Both the position numbers and the translations under genes were made by a program. This document shows positions 14,001 to 30,034 of a stretch of DNA of 64,000 nucleotides, in pieces (position 1 is the first letter of the stretch; each line of letters starts with the position of its first letter). The stretch is taken from the NCBI GenBank assembly GCA_029717555.1, contig JAMDHS010000046.1:62001-126000 (forward strand). Direction: 5' to 3'. The stretch comes from Peribolospora baueri. Lineage: Eukaryota. The notes beneath the pieces were generated by a model. It was given only the letters and a program-made list of their open reading frames with translations. It was not told the origin of the DNA and did no database searches.

Positions 14001-14342
14001 TGCGTGCTTCCTCTTACTTACCGGGCCGCATTCTCCTCGTCCCCGGCGGCGCCCAAGCGGATGCTCATCTCCTCCCTTGCCCCCTCCTCCGGTGGGCCTT
14101 TGCCTTTGTTTTGCTGCGCGTCCTACAGGCTCGAGGAGATGGACATCATATTCGGCGACACCTCCGGCACGGCCATTACCGATCGCGAGCGCCAGAACCG
14201 AATCAACAAAGAAATCGGCCTCGAGGCCATCGCCCTCGGACAGACGAGAGCGACAAAGATGGTGGAAGCCGAGCACGTCGGCGTCGTCGGCGAGACGGCG
14301 GACGAAAAGGAGAAGGAGACGAATGGTCAAGAAGAGGCTTAG
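11071..14342 (+). CDS. MFS sugar porter family transporter, many exons including micro-exons
   Basis: FASLGGLLYGYNQG, LGRKRCI, GRFITGMGVG, PIYNAEVAPPEVRGSLVALQQL, WRLPLALQLVP, spliced FFQQWTGVNAVLYYAP, DRVGRR, SWGPVAW, PETKG. The start codon is the least certain part. Confidence 0.93.
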
Positions 14343-14983
14343 GGTCGTCGTCGTACCTGCGAAGGTCCTGAAATGCTCTCCAGTTTCTCTTTCTTGAACC
14401 CTAACCCCTTTCCATCGCGCTCTCTATCTCGCCGGTGTCCGACGTCTTCCTTTTGGAGTGCACCTTTGCTTTCGCACCGATTCTCCGTCTTCCTCCACCG
14501 TCGGCGGTGCTGATTATTGCCCGTTCCCGGCCGTCTACGTCCAAGGCCGACTAGTCTCCGTTATTGGCTTGTTTACGCTTTCGAAACAAGATTCACGAGG
14601 TAATGAATGAATGAATGGCAAGGTCGATCAATTCGATTTCTACCACGATGAGAAAATTCTCAAATCGACGACAATGAGGCTATAGGATAGGGTGGAAAGC
14701 ACGGAGCGTGGCCCCGCATCTCTCCTTTTCTTTTTCCCCATCACGACCGGAAAGAGGCCACCGCTAAAACAACCTCGAGCTCGAGGACAGACGGCCAAGG
14801 CGCGTGAGATGGGACCATCGACGCCGCCGTCGACCTCTCCCACGCTCTTTCACAAGGCATGGGATGAATGGCTATGCGCCAGATGAAGCGAATTCACTAA
14901 TAACCGCAACGGACGAAGGATAGGTCGAGGGAACGAACGGAGCGGGCGGTCGGCGTAGGCATATATTTGGCGTACACGACGAG

Positions 14984-17900
14984 TCAGAGCTGGTACCTCC
15001 ATCCCACCCACCGATCGCCAAACAGTCTCCTCTCCTCCTCCGCCTCGGCACTGCCGCCGGTGCCGCTCGTCCCACATTCCTTCTCGTCTGCCGTCTCCAC
15101 TCCACCTTCGTCCCCGTCCCCTCCTCCGACGCAAGATCGCGGTGCGAGCCTCTCCCTCCGCGCGTTCTCCCGCCCCATGAGGACCCAGAGCGCGGCGGTG
15201 AAGATGACGCCGAATGCGGTCCAAAGGATTGTGAGGCCCGTGGAGACGCGGTAGTTTTCGTTCGTCAGATCGCCCAGGGGCATGCCTACTCCGGTGAATA
15301 GAATAGGGGCGATAGGGAGAGAAAAGGCAAAAAAAAAAAGAAAAAGGGGGGCGAGGAGGGGAGGCACAGAGTGGTCGACATGAGAAAAAAAAGCCGTGAT
15401 GGCTTGCAGGTGAAGCGAGACGGGATCGCCCCGGCTCCCTCGCACGTCTATCCCACGCCGCACTCACGATACAGCTCTGTGCCCACAATCGCCCCCACGT
15501 CCCCGATGGAGATCTGCAACGCGAGCGCGGTCGCGCGCTTCGTCTGGCCCGACACGTTCTCCGCTGGCCATGAGAGTAGGAGCGCGTTGGCCGAGTAGAT
15601 TCCCGCCGTGCAGAGGAAGATGAAGCTGATCGGCGAGAGGAAATGGGCGAGGTGGCGTATTAGGTACGGGTGGGACACCTCGCGTCGTCTCTGTTCCCAC
15701 CGCTCTCATATCCATCACGTCTCGCCTTCGGCGGACCGGACGTGGACTCACAAATACTTGGCCCCAGGGCTTTTCGCGGCGACGAGGCCGATATAACCCA
15801 CGATGGCTACGCCTCCGCCTCCCATTATAAAAGGTGCGCGACGATCGACAAGGAAGGACGCGTGAGCCGTGGCCATGGTGCACAAGAACGCAAACGCGTA
15901 CGGCGGAACTGTGAGGAGCTGTGCAAGAGGAATAGGATGAGGGCGGAGTGGACGAGACGAGTCCAGTTATGGAAAAAGCCGAAACGGGACCGAGGGCAAG
16001 AAAGGCGGCCCACCTGCGCTTTCCAACTCGCATATCCGAGCCCGGCAATGATGCTCGGCAGGAAGAGGCTGAGCGTGTACAGTCCGAACGCAAAGCCGTG
16101 GAACATACCGGCGTACAGCCAAACGTAAACGTCCGAGAAGGCTTGGCGCACGCCGACCCAATTGAAAGGCTCGAGATCCAGTGCGTCCGAGTCATCAGCG
16201 AGGCGGCGCGACTGCCGTCGGAGACCGGGTGGCGTGCGAGGAAAGAGGACGAAATGCCAGTCAGAACCCACCACACCGCTACCAGCGGGCTCAGCCTCGT
16301 TCACCGCTGTTCAGCGATGCCCACAATGATTTTTTTCTCTTCTTCCGTGAACTTGGACGATTCGGCCGGGTACGTGGGGATGAGAAAGTAGGCAGCCGTG
16401 CTGTGGAGCCGTCCGGAACGCGACGTCCAAGAGCGATCTAGGTTAACACGGATTATCGAAGAGCATGACGGATACCAAGGTTGGCGGGGACGGCAGGCGC
16501 ACCTCACGACTACAGTCAAAAGGCCTTCGACTGCGTGGGTGAGCAAGATATGCCGAGGGGGAAATTGAGTATGTGCCTTCTGGAGATCAGATCGCCACGC
16601 TGACGTACGACGCACTGATAAAGATCCAACTCCAGCCAAGCTTGCCCCCGATGCCGTCCATTTTGGAGAGACCGTACGCCAGTACTCCGCCGAAAGCCCT
16701 GCGCGTTACGAGCCGGGTCGCGTCCGGAAGGTTGTAAGCATGCGGGTACGACCCCCGTAAGAGACGCTAGGCCTGAGCTTGCCGGAGGCATCACGACTCA
16801 CCCTGCCAGAGCGGCAGCAGAGAAGAACATGGACGTGCGGTAGTGACGCTCTTTGCGTACGTAAAACTGGCTGAACGTATAAATGACGCCAGGGAACAGT
16901 CCAGCCTCTAGGAAAGTACAGAACGAGGTCAGCCCTCTCGAATAGGACTCATGCGCGCTCAGCCCACACCCACCCGTTGCTCCGAGAAAGAAACGAACTG
17001 CGTACATCGCCGGCTGATTGGGAACGAGACCCATGACGACGGCAATGATGCCCCACACCAGGGTCAGCGTGGGCAACCATATGGGAGGGGAGAGGCGCTT
17101 CAGGGCCCAGTTGGCGGGCAGCTCAAACACGACTGCAAGGTAAGAAGATGATGGGGAAAGCAAACGTTGATGACCGGCGAGGAAGCGAGTTCGGACCAAG
17201 ACGAAGAAAAGGTCATTGAGGAGACGCTCGCTGGGGGGTGACGCGTAGATTTGCAGATTCGAAACAAAGTGCATGACGCACCATAGCCAACAAAGAAGAT
17301 GGCCGACACGGTGGAATAATCCGTTATCTTCAGGTCCTGTATAAGGCCGTCAAGTCTGATGGACAGGCAGTGAAGAACCAGCAGTGAGCGTCCGATCGGG
17401 GACCAATTTTCGTATGATCAGGTAGCGGAAAGATAATCACTTTGCGTTGCCAATATCTGATAGACGGTGGTCAGTCGCCCATTTGCCGGTTCAGCCAAGA
17501 CGGAAGACGAATTTCATATGGCAGGTGAGTTGAGAACTTACTGCTCCGGTCGAGGAAGGACAACAGATAGAGGGATGTCAAGATAGGGACGAGCCTGGTG
17601 CCGGAAGAGGGGGACAAAAGGGGGCAAGCACCGCGGTGAGCGCTGACGTTCCCGTGAGCAGCATGGCAGCGTCGGTGATCGTTGTCCATCTCTGCTGTCC
17701 ACTCACATGCGGTCGATCTGACGGAAAGGTTGGCAGGAAGGAAATTACCAAAGATGCAGGCGGGAGGAAACGTTCATCAAAGGCGTGATGATGGCCATGA
17801 CCATGGCCGTGGAGAGGCGCGACCTACCTTCCTGACTGCCTTCTTCTCCTTCTCCACCTCTTCATCGCTCAGTCTTGCTCCTTCCCGGACGACGATACCG

Positions 17901-18040
17901 CCAGCCAAACTCGTCCCACCGAACCGTCTCGCCTCACCCCCCGTCTGCGCAAGAGGTTGTCGCGCATGGTTGAAGGAGGTGTGTGGTACGGAGGCCGGCT
18001 GAGAGGCAAAAGTAGGGTGAGAGGTCGAATATGGGGACAT
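14984..18040 (-). CDS. MFS anion:cation symporter (Dal5/Tna1-like carboxylate or vitamin permease), multi-exon
   Basis: KIDRMLVPILTSLYLLSFLDRSNIGNAK (assembled from micro-exons), FELPANWALKR, VRFFLG, EAGLFPG, ENVSGQTKRATA, RENARRER, GDRWVGWRYQL* C-terminus. Confidence 0.92.
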
Positions 18041-19575
18041 GGAGAGAACAACGGTCCGCGTGTCTGGGGGAAAGAGAAATTTGATCGATGGGAGAGGGCG
18101 GTACAGTCGTCCGGCGAGGGGCGACAGAAGAGAGGGTGTGCCAGCCGCGTGCTTCAGGCGAGAGCGGGCGAGGAAACAAAGGGGAGGATCCGAGCTGAAT
18201 TCCTACCAAGCTCCGTCTTTATCTCTCTCTCCTTCAGACACGACGGCCCAGGACAGACTGAAACGGTGGGCCATGACGGAATATCTTTGCGCTGCGCATC
18301 ATCAGAGGCAAACAGGTGAGAAACCAGGCGACCGCCCGCCGAGCGTCGCTCTTCTTCGGGGGCTAATGGTCGAGCGTATGCCACGCCCACGTTCAGAGCT
18401 GTGCCTAAATGCAGCTCTGGGATCGCTTTCGCCCTATATGGCCCACGGCTGGGGGAGCAATTGCGGTTAGAGGCGGAAAGGAAAGGAAGCAGCGGACTCG
18501 ATGAGCGACGGACGACAAGGATGATGTGCGCCGCCGGCTACGAGCACGTCATACCGGGCTGGCGCTCGGACCACCTGCTGCGGCCAGGCCGGTGCAGGTA
18601 CGGACGAGCGGACAGGGAAGCGCCGACGGTTGCGAGGGAGGGATCCTTAGAGAAGGTCACGATGACGCCTTGAAGGATGACCCAGTCATTCGTGAAAAAT
18701 AGCAGAGCTAGGGAAGAGAGGTACTGGGTGCTTGGCTGAGACCGAGGAAGGGAGGCGGACGTCACGTTGCGCTCAACTCCCAGGGTCATCTTCTCAGGCA
18801 CGTGTGTCGCAACGGAGGGGAGGGTACCTCGGCGCCACTTTTTCGACGTCCCGACGCTCCTTCCTTCCTAGAGTGAGAAGTATGGGCAAAATGCTTCCTC
18901 GCACGCTGATGCCGAACCGGGGGGGGGGGGGAGTCTCATACCGTTAGTGGGTATCGGTCAGCATGGGAGAATAGGTCCCAGGTCTAGGTGACGGAAAGAC
19001 GCGCGCGAAGCGTTCAAAAAATGGGGCCAGAGCATCCCAGTCAAAGCTTTCTACGTAATTCTCAGCTTTGTTAAAAAAATGAGATGGCCCTGGAAGACTA
19101 GGAACGTAGTCGGTCCCATGCCGTCAAGTCAACCGCTTCGGGCGGACGGACGCACGGCTGCGGCCTTGTTACACTTCATCTCCCGCCTCACGTCCGCGTC
19201 GTAACGAAGGGTGGAACGGGAGGCGAGTGTTACTCATGCTCGAGTCGGAGACGTTGTCTCAGCCGTTCGCTCAAAGCCGCGCCGGCGCACCACCTCCTTT
19301 CCCGACTGCCCGGTACGTGTGATCCACATCGGACCTAGAAAAACTCAAAGCCAAGGACAATGACGACCGCTTTAAGGGCGATGGGCTGGACTGCAGGCTC
19401 AGCGCACACCAAGGGAATAGAGAAAACCCTACGCTTTGCGCCCAGCGGCCGGCGTTCCTCACTTGACATCCTTCCGCTTGTCGCCTTGATGTCACCCGGA
19501 CGGGGGGTGTACTCGACGAATTCGGGACGGTTTTGTAATATGATGTCTTTATCAACTGTAGCGGTGAGGACGGGA

Positions 19576-22393
<2,818 letters not shown>

Positions 22394-22909
22394 CCGGTGT
22401 GATGGAGTCGTCCTCGTCCGGGTGATCGAATTCGAAGGACGGCCCGGTTAAGTCGACGAACATGTCCCCGAATGGCCGCTTAGCTCCGACCGCGGCCGTT
22501 AATATAAGCGTCTCGAGACACCTGCGAATGGAATCTAATCCATTCCGTCCCGTCCATCCACTGTCCAGGGACGCGAATGCAGAACCACGCCCACTCTGCG
22601 GCGCAACAAAAGATGAAACTCCTGGAGAAAGTCGCCGACGCTGACTGTGCCACACCATCCTGGACCGGCTCGTTGCCGACTAGCTTGCTGGTCGCGGGAC
22701 TCCATCTGTCGTGGCCGTGAGCATGTTGCGTTCATATCGAACTTTGCCGTTGGGTGACCTTGTCACGTCCTCCGCCGTGCGGGGACAAAAACACCCCTCC
22801 ACCCTGTTCACCACACATGACGTCCTCCACTCACATTCACCCATTACTTTGACCTATTGACGAACGTCGACGGAACTCACGACCCTCTTCGAGCGTTATA
22901 CCACCCGAC

Positions 22910-25580
22910 ATGAACCCTGAGAGGTTAGACGCTGGTCCGGCAAGGTGAGCCAAGTCTCTCGCACCCCCGAGAAGACTATATTGACGCTAAGGTCTATGAT
23001 TTTACAGGCTCGCAAGGCTTCAGATGAAAGGTTCGTATGCTCAAAATTTTATTGTGGTGTGCTGTGGTAGAAGCTGACGGCAATTGAGTGAGGCGCGCAC
23101 GTAGAAATTCGACTCGACGGCATTCGACTCGCCGGTTCCAAGTTAAAGCAATACGTCTTTGTCGAACTTGCCGTAGACACCGAGCAATGTCATACGACCG
23201 CTGCGCTGCCTCTCTGCGCTGAGCTCATTTGGGAGGCCGTGCTTGAGCTGTAGGTGCTGTTTGGCTGTCCTGCACAGATAGACGAGCTCGTGGGCGGAGT
23301 ACGGATGAAGCTAGGAGACCTGCTCAAACAAGAGGATGCTTCTTCCGGTGGGTCTGTCACTGAACTTTGTCTTACGTCTTTCTTTGCCTTACTTACCCGT
23401 CCGCGCGTGCCCTCTGTTCGGCGCAGAAGGAAGTCGAGCTTGTAGGCTGCGGAAGGGCAATGCCTTCGTCCCGGGGACCATACTCCTTAAGTTTGTCCCC
23501 GAGACCTTTGAAGCCCCATAATTACCCGTCTTTCCTGCCAATACTACCAGCCAAGCAATGGAGGCTGATCATGGTCCAGCGCGGCTCGACAGGCCAGAGA
23601 TTCTTCTCTCCCGTTTGCCTCCATGTCGAATGTAGCAAGTGACGTTCTTCCTTTCAAGGCGAGCGCTCAGTACGCTCTCTCGATGGCTGAAGGTCTCGGT
23701 GAATGAAATTCGCCTCTTCGGGAAGCTACGGAGTACCTCGATCAATTGCTCAAGACCGTGGAGGGCATTACGCGGGTAGGTGGATTGGGTCGGCCCACTT
23801 TGTCTTTTTCCATTAGAGTCAGCTGATCGTTCTATGGCAACCCGAACTTCGCTAGATACACCCATACCTAGCGGTGGCGTTTGGTATTCTGACCGCCTGG
23901 TACAAGGTAGGTACATAACAAATTGCTCAAGGCTTTAAAGGAAGCCATGGCTGGAATTAATATGGCACACTCGTTTCCATTTTGTGGATTGGAAGGTTCT
24001 TCAAAACCAGAGGATCCAAGACAGCAACGTTCGAGGCCTTTCCATGGCCATGAAGGACGTTCTCGCCTTTGCAAATGAGGTCAGCGGACTTCGCAAGCTC
24101 GAAGGAACTTCTGACGTTGTGAAGGACATGGCAGAATCTGTCTACGAATGCGCCCAAATTATCCAGCAATACACCTTACCCTCCTTTCTCGGTGACTATC
24201 TCCACCTCGTCATAGCAGCCTACGATATCATCCTGACGTGATCTTGCTCTCACTTTTTCCACGCGCGTATATTTCAGCCCGGGCGGCCAAGTCTGTCATA
24301 TCGTCCAACATGACCACGCGGCGCTGCGAAGACGCTTCGATTGTCTCGACGATGTCGACGATCTCGAGGCCTCTATCTCGAACCTGCAGCAAGCTGCCGA
24401 CCTGACGCCCGAAGGGAGTCCCGGTCGGCATTCCTATCTCGAGAAGGTTGGCACTGCGCTTCGACGACGCTTCGATCGTCTTGGTCACATGGATGATCTC
24501 CAGGTTTCCATTTCGAACCTGGAGCAAGCCGTCGAGCTGATGCCCGACGGGCACCCGGACCGGCCTGCCTGCCTCAAAAGCCTCGGAACGGCACTGCGAA
24601 GACGCTTCCAGCACGCCTGCCTAAGCGCCTCAAGAACCTTGGCTATGCGGAGAGGATGCTTCGAACGCTTCGGCGATGTGGAGGACATCGAGGCTTCCAT
24701 CTGCAGCTTACGGCAAGCGGTCGAGCTGACCCCAGACGGGCATCCGAACCGGCCTATGTGCCTCAGTGACGTGGGTCACGCGCTGCGAACACGTTTCGAC
24801 CGCTTCGGAGACGTAGACGACCTCGAGGCTTCCATTTCGAACCTGCGGCAAGCGACCGAACTGACACCGTACGGGCATCCGGACCGAGTTTTCTACCTCA
24901 GCCGCGTGGGCTATGCGCTGCGAAGGCGCTTCGACCGGTTCGGAGATGTGGATGACATCGAGATTGCCATCTCAAACCTGCGCCAAGGCCTCGAGCAGGC
25001 TCCCACCGGGTGGTGCGCAGCCTGGGCAGCGCGCTTCAACGACGGTTCGAGCGCCTCGGCGACGTGGACGACCTCCAGGCTTGCATCTGACGGCCGACGG
25101 GCACCCTAACCGGCCTACGTCTCTCAGCGACCTTGGACATGCTCTTCTGGCCCGCTTCGAACGCTTCGGTGACGTGGACGACGTTGAAGCTTTGGCGTCG
25201 ACCTTGCAGCGAGCGGTCAGCTTGGCCGACGGGTATCCGCACCGGCCTGTATCCCTCTGTCGCTTGGGTAGGGCGCTGCGAGGACGCTTCGAGTGCCTCA
25301 GCGACACGAACGACCTCGAGGCTTGCATCTCGAACCTGGAACTAGCGGTCAAGTTGGCACCGACGGACATCCGAACCGACCTGCCTACCTCAACAACCTG
25401 GGCAACGTGCTGCGACTGTGTGTCGAGCGCCGCCTCGGTGTCGTGAACTACCTCGAGGCTTGCGTCTCGAACCTGAGACAAGCAGTCGAGCTGACACCAG
25501 ATGGGCACCCGTACCAGTCTGCCTACCGCAGTGACCTGAGCAGGGAACTGCAACTCGTTTCAGTCTCACCGGGGGTGTAG
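22910..25580 (+). pseudogene. Decayed NLR-like gene: C2-like domain + Goodbye-like helical domain + about 9 TPR-like repeats, with no nucleotide-binding or CHAT domain
   Basis: Spliced exons give KQYVFVELAVD..LIWEAVLEL (C2-like) and LDQLLKTVEGITR|IHPYLAVAFGILTAWYK|VLQNQRIQDSNV..YECAQIIQQY (Goodbye-like). In-frame TGA at 23704, out-of-frame junction near 24317 into DDLEASISNLRQAVELTPDGHP repeats, further frameshifts at 25.0-25.4 kb. Confidence 0.75.
24320..25555 (+). repeat. Coding tandem repeat array, 135-bp (45-aa) TPR-like unit, about 9 copies
   Basis: The GAY-NTY-SAR...TCGAACCTG-like anchor recurs at 24360, 24495, 24684, 24819, 24954, ~25070, ~25180, ~25312 and ~25449; intact spacings are 135 bp. 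Confidence 0.9.
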
Positions 25581-25988
25581 ATAGTAACGGGGTCGTCAAA
25601 GTACGATCAGCTGCCAGCGGCGTCTTAGTTTCGTGTTCCAGCCATGTACTGAAGACGGTGACTTGAAACTGGTCCTTGGCGCAATCTATTTTCAGAGTGC
25701 GACTGATACAGGGCCCAAGTGAAGGTATTGTAAGGGAGGGCATGCGATGCGGAAAGAGCGAAACCAGCCCCACCCGACGAGAAACAGCTCCACAGGGCGA
25801 GACAAAGCGTCACGGACCAGTCAGTCTCTGTCCACGTCGCCCCATTTGTCCTCGAGCATTTCGCTTGGCTCGCTCCTGGGAAAAGCGGAAAGAGGAGTAG
25901 GGGTGAAGGGAATGTCGAGCGGCCGTGGCTCGTCAAGAGGCAACGACCCTCTGGCCTTCTTGCGCCGTTTACGAACACGCAACGCTAA

Positions 25989-26027
25989 GCGTCACGTGGC
26001 AAGCGTCGTCCCCAGGCGTCACGTGGC
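25989..26027. promoter_or_regulatory. Two GCGTCACGTGGC elements (UPR-element/E-box-like) upstream of the DNAJC3-like gene
   Basis: Identical 12-mers at 25989-26000 and 26016-26027, about 150-190 bp before the ATG at 26175. Confidence 0.55.
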
Positions 26028-26174
26028 CACATCCCCTTCTCGAACCTCCGCTGGCGGGGATCGTCCAGCACAGCACCACCACCACCACCACCATCACCCC
26101 GGTCGCCGTTTTCTCGTCTCGTTTGGACCTCGCCTCGTGCACCCCCCACTCTCTCTCTCCTTTCATTTGTTCCC

Positions 26175-28370
26175 ATGATACTCCGATCCCTTTTCCCTGC
26201 TTTTCTTCTTCTCTCTTGTCACTCTCTTCTCTCGCCCGTCCTCGCCGATGCGTCCGGCACACAGCTGACGGCGCAGCAGTTCCTCAACCAGGCCAACGTC
26301 CTGCTCAGCGCAGGACAGTACGCTGAAGCGCTCAGAGCCTATGACAGCGCCATTGGTGGGTGCCATCTCTGACAGCTAAAAGGGTTTTTTTTGCCGCCGT
26401 GGCTGACCCGCCCGTCGATCGCCACAGAACAAGACCCGGGCAACTATCTCTCTTTCTTCAAGCGTGGCACCGCCAAGCTATCCCTCGGTCGGAGCTCGGC
26501 GGCGCTGGAGGACTTTGACCGGATTCTCAACCTCAATCCAGACTTCCACCAGGTGAGAAGCGGAGGCGAGCGAACGGAAACGTGCCCTGTGGTTCGCTGA
26601 CTCGGACGGCTCCCCCGGTCGGTCGGCAGGCGCACTTGCAAAAAGCAAAGGTCCTGACAAAGGACGGCCAGCTAGACAAGGCAAAGGCATCGATCGACGC
26701 GTATCTGCGACACAACAAGAAGGACGTGGCCGGCGGCGAAGTGGTGAGAGTTGGCTTTTTTTTTTTCGTCCGGCCTTTACCGTCGCGCTCAACCCTCTTT
26801 CTTTCACCCGTGTCTAGGCCGCGTCTATCCAAACGGCTCGCTCTGCGCTTGCCTCGGCGTCGTCGGCGCACAAGGGGAAGCGATGGGATGAGTGCGTGGC
26901 GTCGGCGACAAAGGCGCTTGAAGTGGCGCCCAACTCGGTCGAGGCGAGGAGGACGCGGGCAGAGTGTCAGTTGGGCAAGGGCGACGTAGAGAGCGCGGTG
27001 GCGGATTATTCGTGAGTGGCGGAGACGCGGGAAGAAGGACAAAGTGGGTTTCGAATCTGACGCGCAACGTTGGGATCTATCTATCTGGCAGGCGCATCGC
27101 CCACATCTCTCCGCCGACGTCGCCGTCGCTCTACCTCCGTCTCTCGTCTCTTTCGTTCTACGTCCTGAACGACGCCGAGATGGCGCTGTCGCACCTCAAG
27201 GCGTGCTTACACTCGGACCCGGAATCGAAGGCGTGCAAGGCAAAGCGGAAGGCGATCAAGGCGGTGGACAAGTCGATGAGAAAGGCGAAGAATTTCGCCG
27301 AGGGAGGGAGCTGGAGGCAGGTGATCAGCTCGATCCGGGGCACGAGTGCGGAGAAGAGCGTGGTGGACAAGGTGGTGGAGGCGATCGAGAGCGATCAGCG
27401 GGGGGCTGAGGACGCAGCATACTCTCCGCCGATCCCGGCGGACATGGCGGCGAAAGAGAGTTCGAGGCTGCTCCTCCGCCTGCATTCGACGCTCTGCAAG
27501 GCGTACGTGCAGACGGGCGAGGCGGGCTTGAGGAAGGCGCAGGAGCACTGCGAGGAGGCGCTGCGTCGGAACGGGGACGATGTGGACGCGTTGGTGGGCA
27601 AGGCGGAGGGGCTGATGAAGAAGGAGGAGTGGGAGGAGGCGGTGCGGGTGCTGAGCTCTGCGTTTGAGAAGACGGGATCGAGCGATCGCGAGGTGCAGGC
27701 CAGGCTGCAGAAGGCGCAACGGCTGCTGAAGCAGTCGAAGCGGAAGGACTATTACAAGGTGCGTTCGTTGCGGTGGCGATCGTTTATCTACGTGGCGCAC
27801 GGCACTGAATGAGATTTGTTGTTGTGCGGTCGGATCAGATCCTCGGTGTGTCACGGGATGCGGATAAGAAGACGATCAAGAAGGCTTAGTGAGTAGCGGT
27901 GGCGGTCGATCTTGTTTCCGGCTAGTTTTCTTCTGATCGCGCGCTGTCTGTGGTGGTGTCGACAGCCGGAAGAAGACGCTCACGGAGCACCCGGACAAGG
28001 GCGGGTCTGAAGACAAGATGGCGACGCTCAACGAGGCTTTCGAGGTGCTGAACAACGACGGTGAGCGGCGGCGGACAGATAGATCTGTCTATCTAGTCTC
28101 GGCAGACGGCAGCTGTGGTGCGGCTGACTGACTGATTGACTGATTGACGATGCAGAGCTGCGAGCACGGTACGACAACGGAGAGGACCCGCGGGACCCTA
28201 TGGGGAACCAACAACAACAGCAGCAGCAGCAACAGGCATACCAGTTCTTCCAGGGCCAAGGCGGCTTCCAGTTCGCAGGAGGACCGGGTGGAATGCCGTT
28301 CCAGCATGCGTTCTTCGGGTCCGGCGGCGGCGGCCGAGGACCACGGGGTCCGCAATTTGCGTTTGTTTAG
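26175..28370 (+). CDS. DNAJC3: ER-lumenal TPR + J-domain co-chaperone (DNAJC3/P58IPK/Jem1-like), multi-exon
   Basis: Signal peptide, TPRs (AGQYAEALRAYDSAI, YLSFFKRGTA, LKACLHSDPES), KQSKRKDYYK|ILGVSRDAD..HPDKGG..LNEAFEVL, YDNGEDP, Gly/Phe-rich tail ending at TAG 28370. Confidence 0.94.
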
Positions 28371-29036
28371 AAGAGGTGTTTTTTTTTTCGGTCGGTCGTT
28401 TGTTCGTCGTCGGTCGTCGGGTGGAAGATTTGTGTGAAGCCAGTGTAGACTATGTAGAGTACGCGAGGTCTGCGCGATCTACGACGTACTCGCTTGCGTT
28501 TATTATATCATCCGTCCTTCATCCGTCGTTCGCTCAGAGCGAGCGGGACGAACGGAGGTGGAGAGGTGGAGAGGTGGAGTCGTCGGATGCTCGTCCGATC
28601 GATCGATCGACGCCGACGCCGACGCCGACGCGGGTCCTCCTGTCTTTCTTTCAGTCTGTCTGCTTGTCTGTCTGTCCGTCAGTCAGTCGATCTCGCGTCG
28701 CTTCCTTCCTTCCTTTCTTTCATCCGTTCCATCCGTCCGTCCATCCGTCCGTCCGTCCGTCGGTCGCGCTCCCATCCACCCATCTATCCGTTTCTCTTAT
28801 CTTCTTTTCATCCCTCCGCCATCGTTTGCCGCGCAGCGAAAGAAAGAGGACGGAGGGATGGACGGAAAAAAGAAAGAAAGAAAGAAAGAAAGAAGAAAGG
28901 CGAAGGAAGGCGAAGAGAGGGTGAAAGGGGGGGTTGGGTAGCGCGCGTCGGAGGGAAAGAGGGAAGACGGAAAGACGGAGAGGGGCGGAGGTATGCGAAG
29001 CCAAGACGCGTTGCTTAGCGCTCGTGAATAGGCGGA

Positions 29037-29186
29037 GGAATAGAATAGGAATAGAATAGGAATAGAATAGGAATAGAATAGGAATAGAATAGGAATAGAA
29101 TAGAATAGGATAGAATAGAAATAGGAATAGAATAGAATAGAATAGAATAGAATAGAATAGAATAGAATAGAATAGAAATAGGAATA
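29037..29186. repeat. (GAATA)n / (GGAATAGAATA)n microsatellite
   Basis: 150 bp of near-perfect pentamer and 11-mer repeats. Confidence 0.97.
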
Positions 29187-30034
29187 ACAGAAAAGAAGGA
29201 CTGAGGGAATAGATAGATGACGTGGAGCAAGCGTTGTCTGCCTGCGAGGCACGCGCGGAGGGAATGTGGGGTGGCTGTGCTCGCACTCCACTCGGCTGTT
29301 CGGCAACTCGGCTCGGCTGGCTTGGCTTTGTTCAGCTTGGTTTGACGCCGCCGTGTCGCGGCTTCCTTTTTTTCCCTTGGCCTGGCCTCGACCTTGCCTC
29401 GCCTCACGTCGCGTCGCGTGCCGTGCCTCGCCTCGCCTCGTGGCCGGCTCGTCGTGCCTCGGGTGAACGGCACGCATGCCTGTCGTCGGTCGTCCCTCAC
29501 TCCGCTATTCTCTCTTCTTCGCCGTCGTTGGACAGATAGATAGACGAGGCGGCGGCACTGGACTGACTCCCCTTTCCCCCGCCCATCCCCGTCCCGGACA
29601 TTATATTCTTCCCTCTCACTCGCCGTCAGCTGACTCGCCTCGACTCTGCATGACACTGCCTCGCGCCTTGTTTACCTCTCACGACCGCACTGGACGGGTT
29701 ATAACTTGCGCTCAACTTCGATCTCATCTCATCCCATCTCTTTTTTTTCTCTTTTTTGTCGCCGCCTTGTCTCCCTCTTCCCCTCACCGCCTCCTGATCT
29801 TCCCTCCGTTTCGTTTGCTTCCTTTCCTCCCCGTCGATCACGTTGCGCTTAAATCGTGCCGCGCCTCCTCCTCTTAACCCACCGCCCGCCCTTGCTTCTT
29901 CCTCGTCTTCCTTTCTTCTTCATCCTTCTACCTATCTCCTTTTCTTCTTCTTCTTCTTTCGCTTCCCTTCCTCTTCTTCCTCCTCCTCCTTTCCAACCAC
30001 CACCTCTTCCTCCTCCTCTGCCACCACCTCCCCC

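Noticed and set aside
25580..26170. CHAT protease or gasdermin partner following the TPR array
   Set aside because: Only about 600 bp remain before DNAJC3, with no His/Cys caspase-like motifs or suitable ORF.
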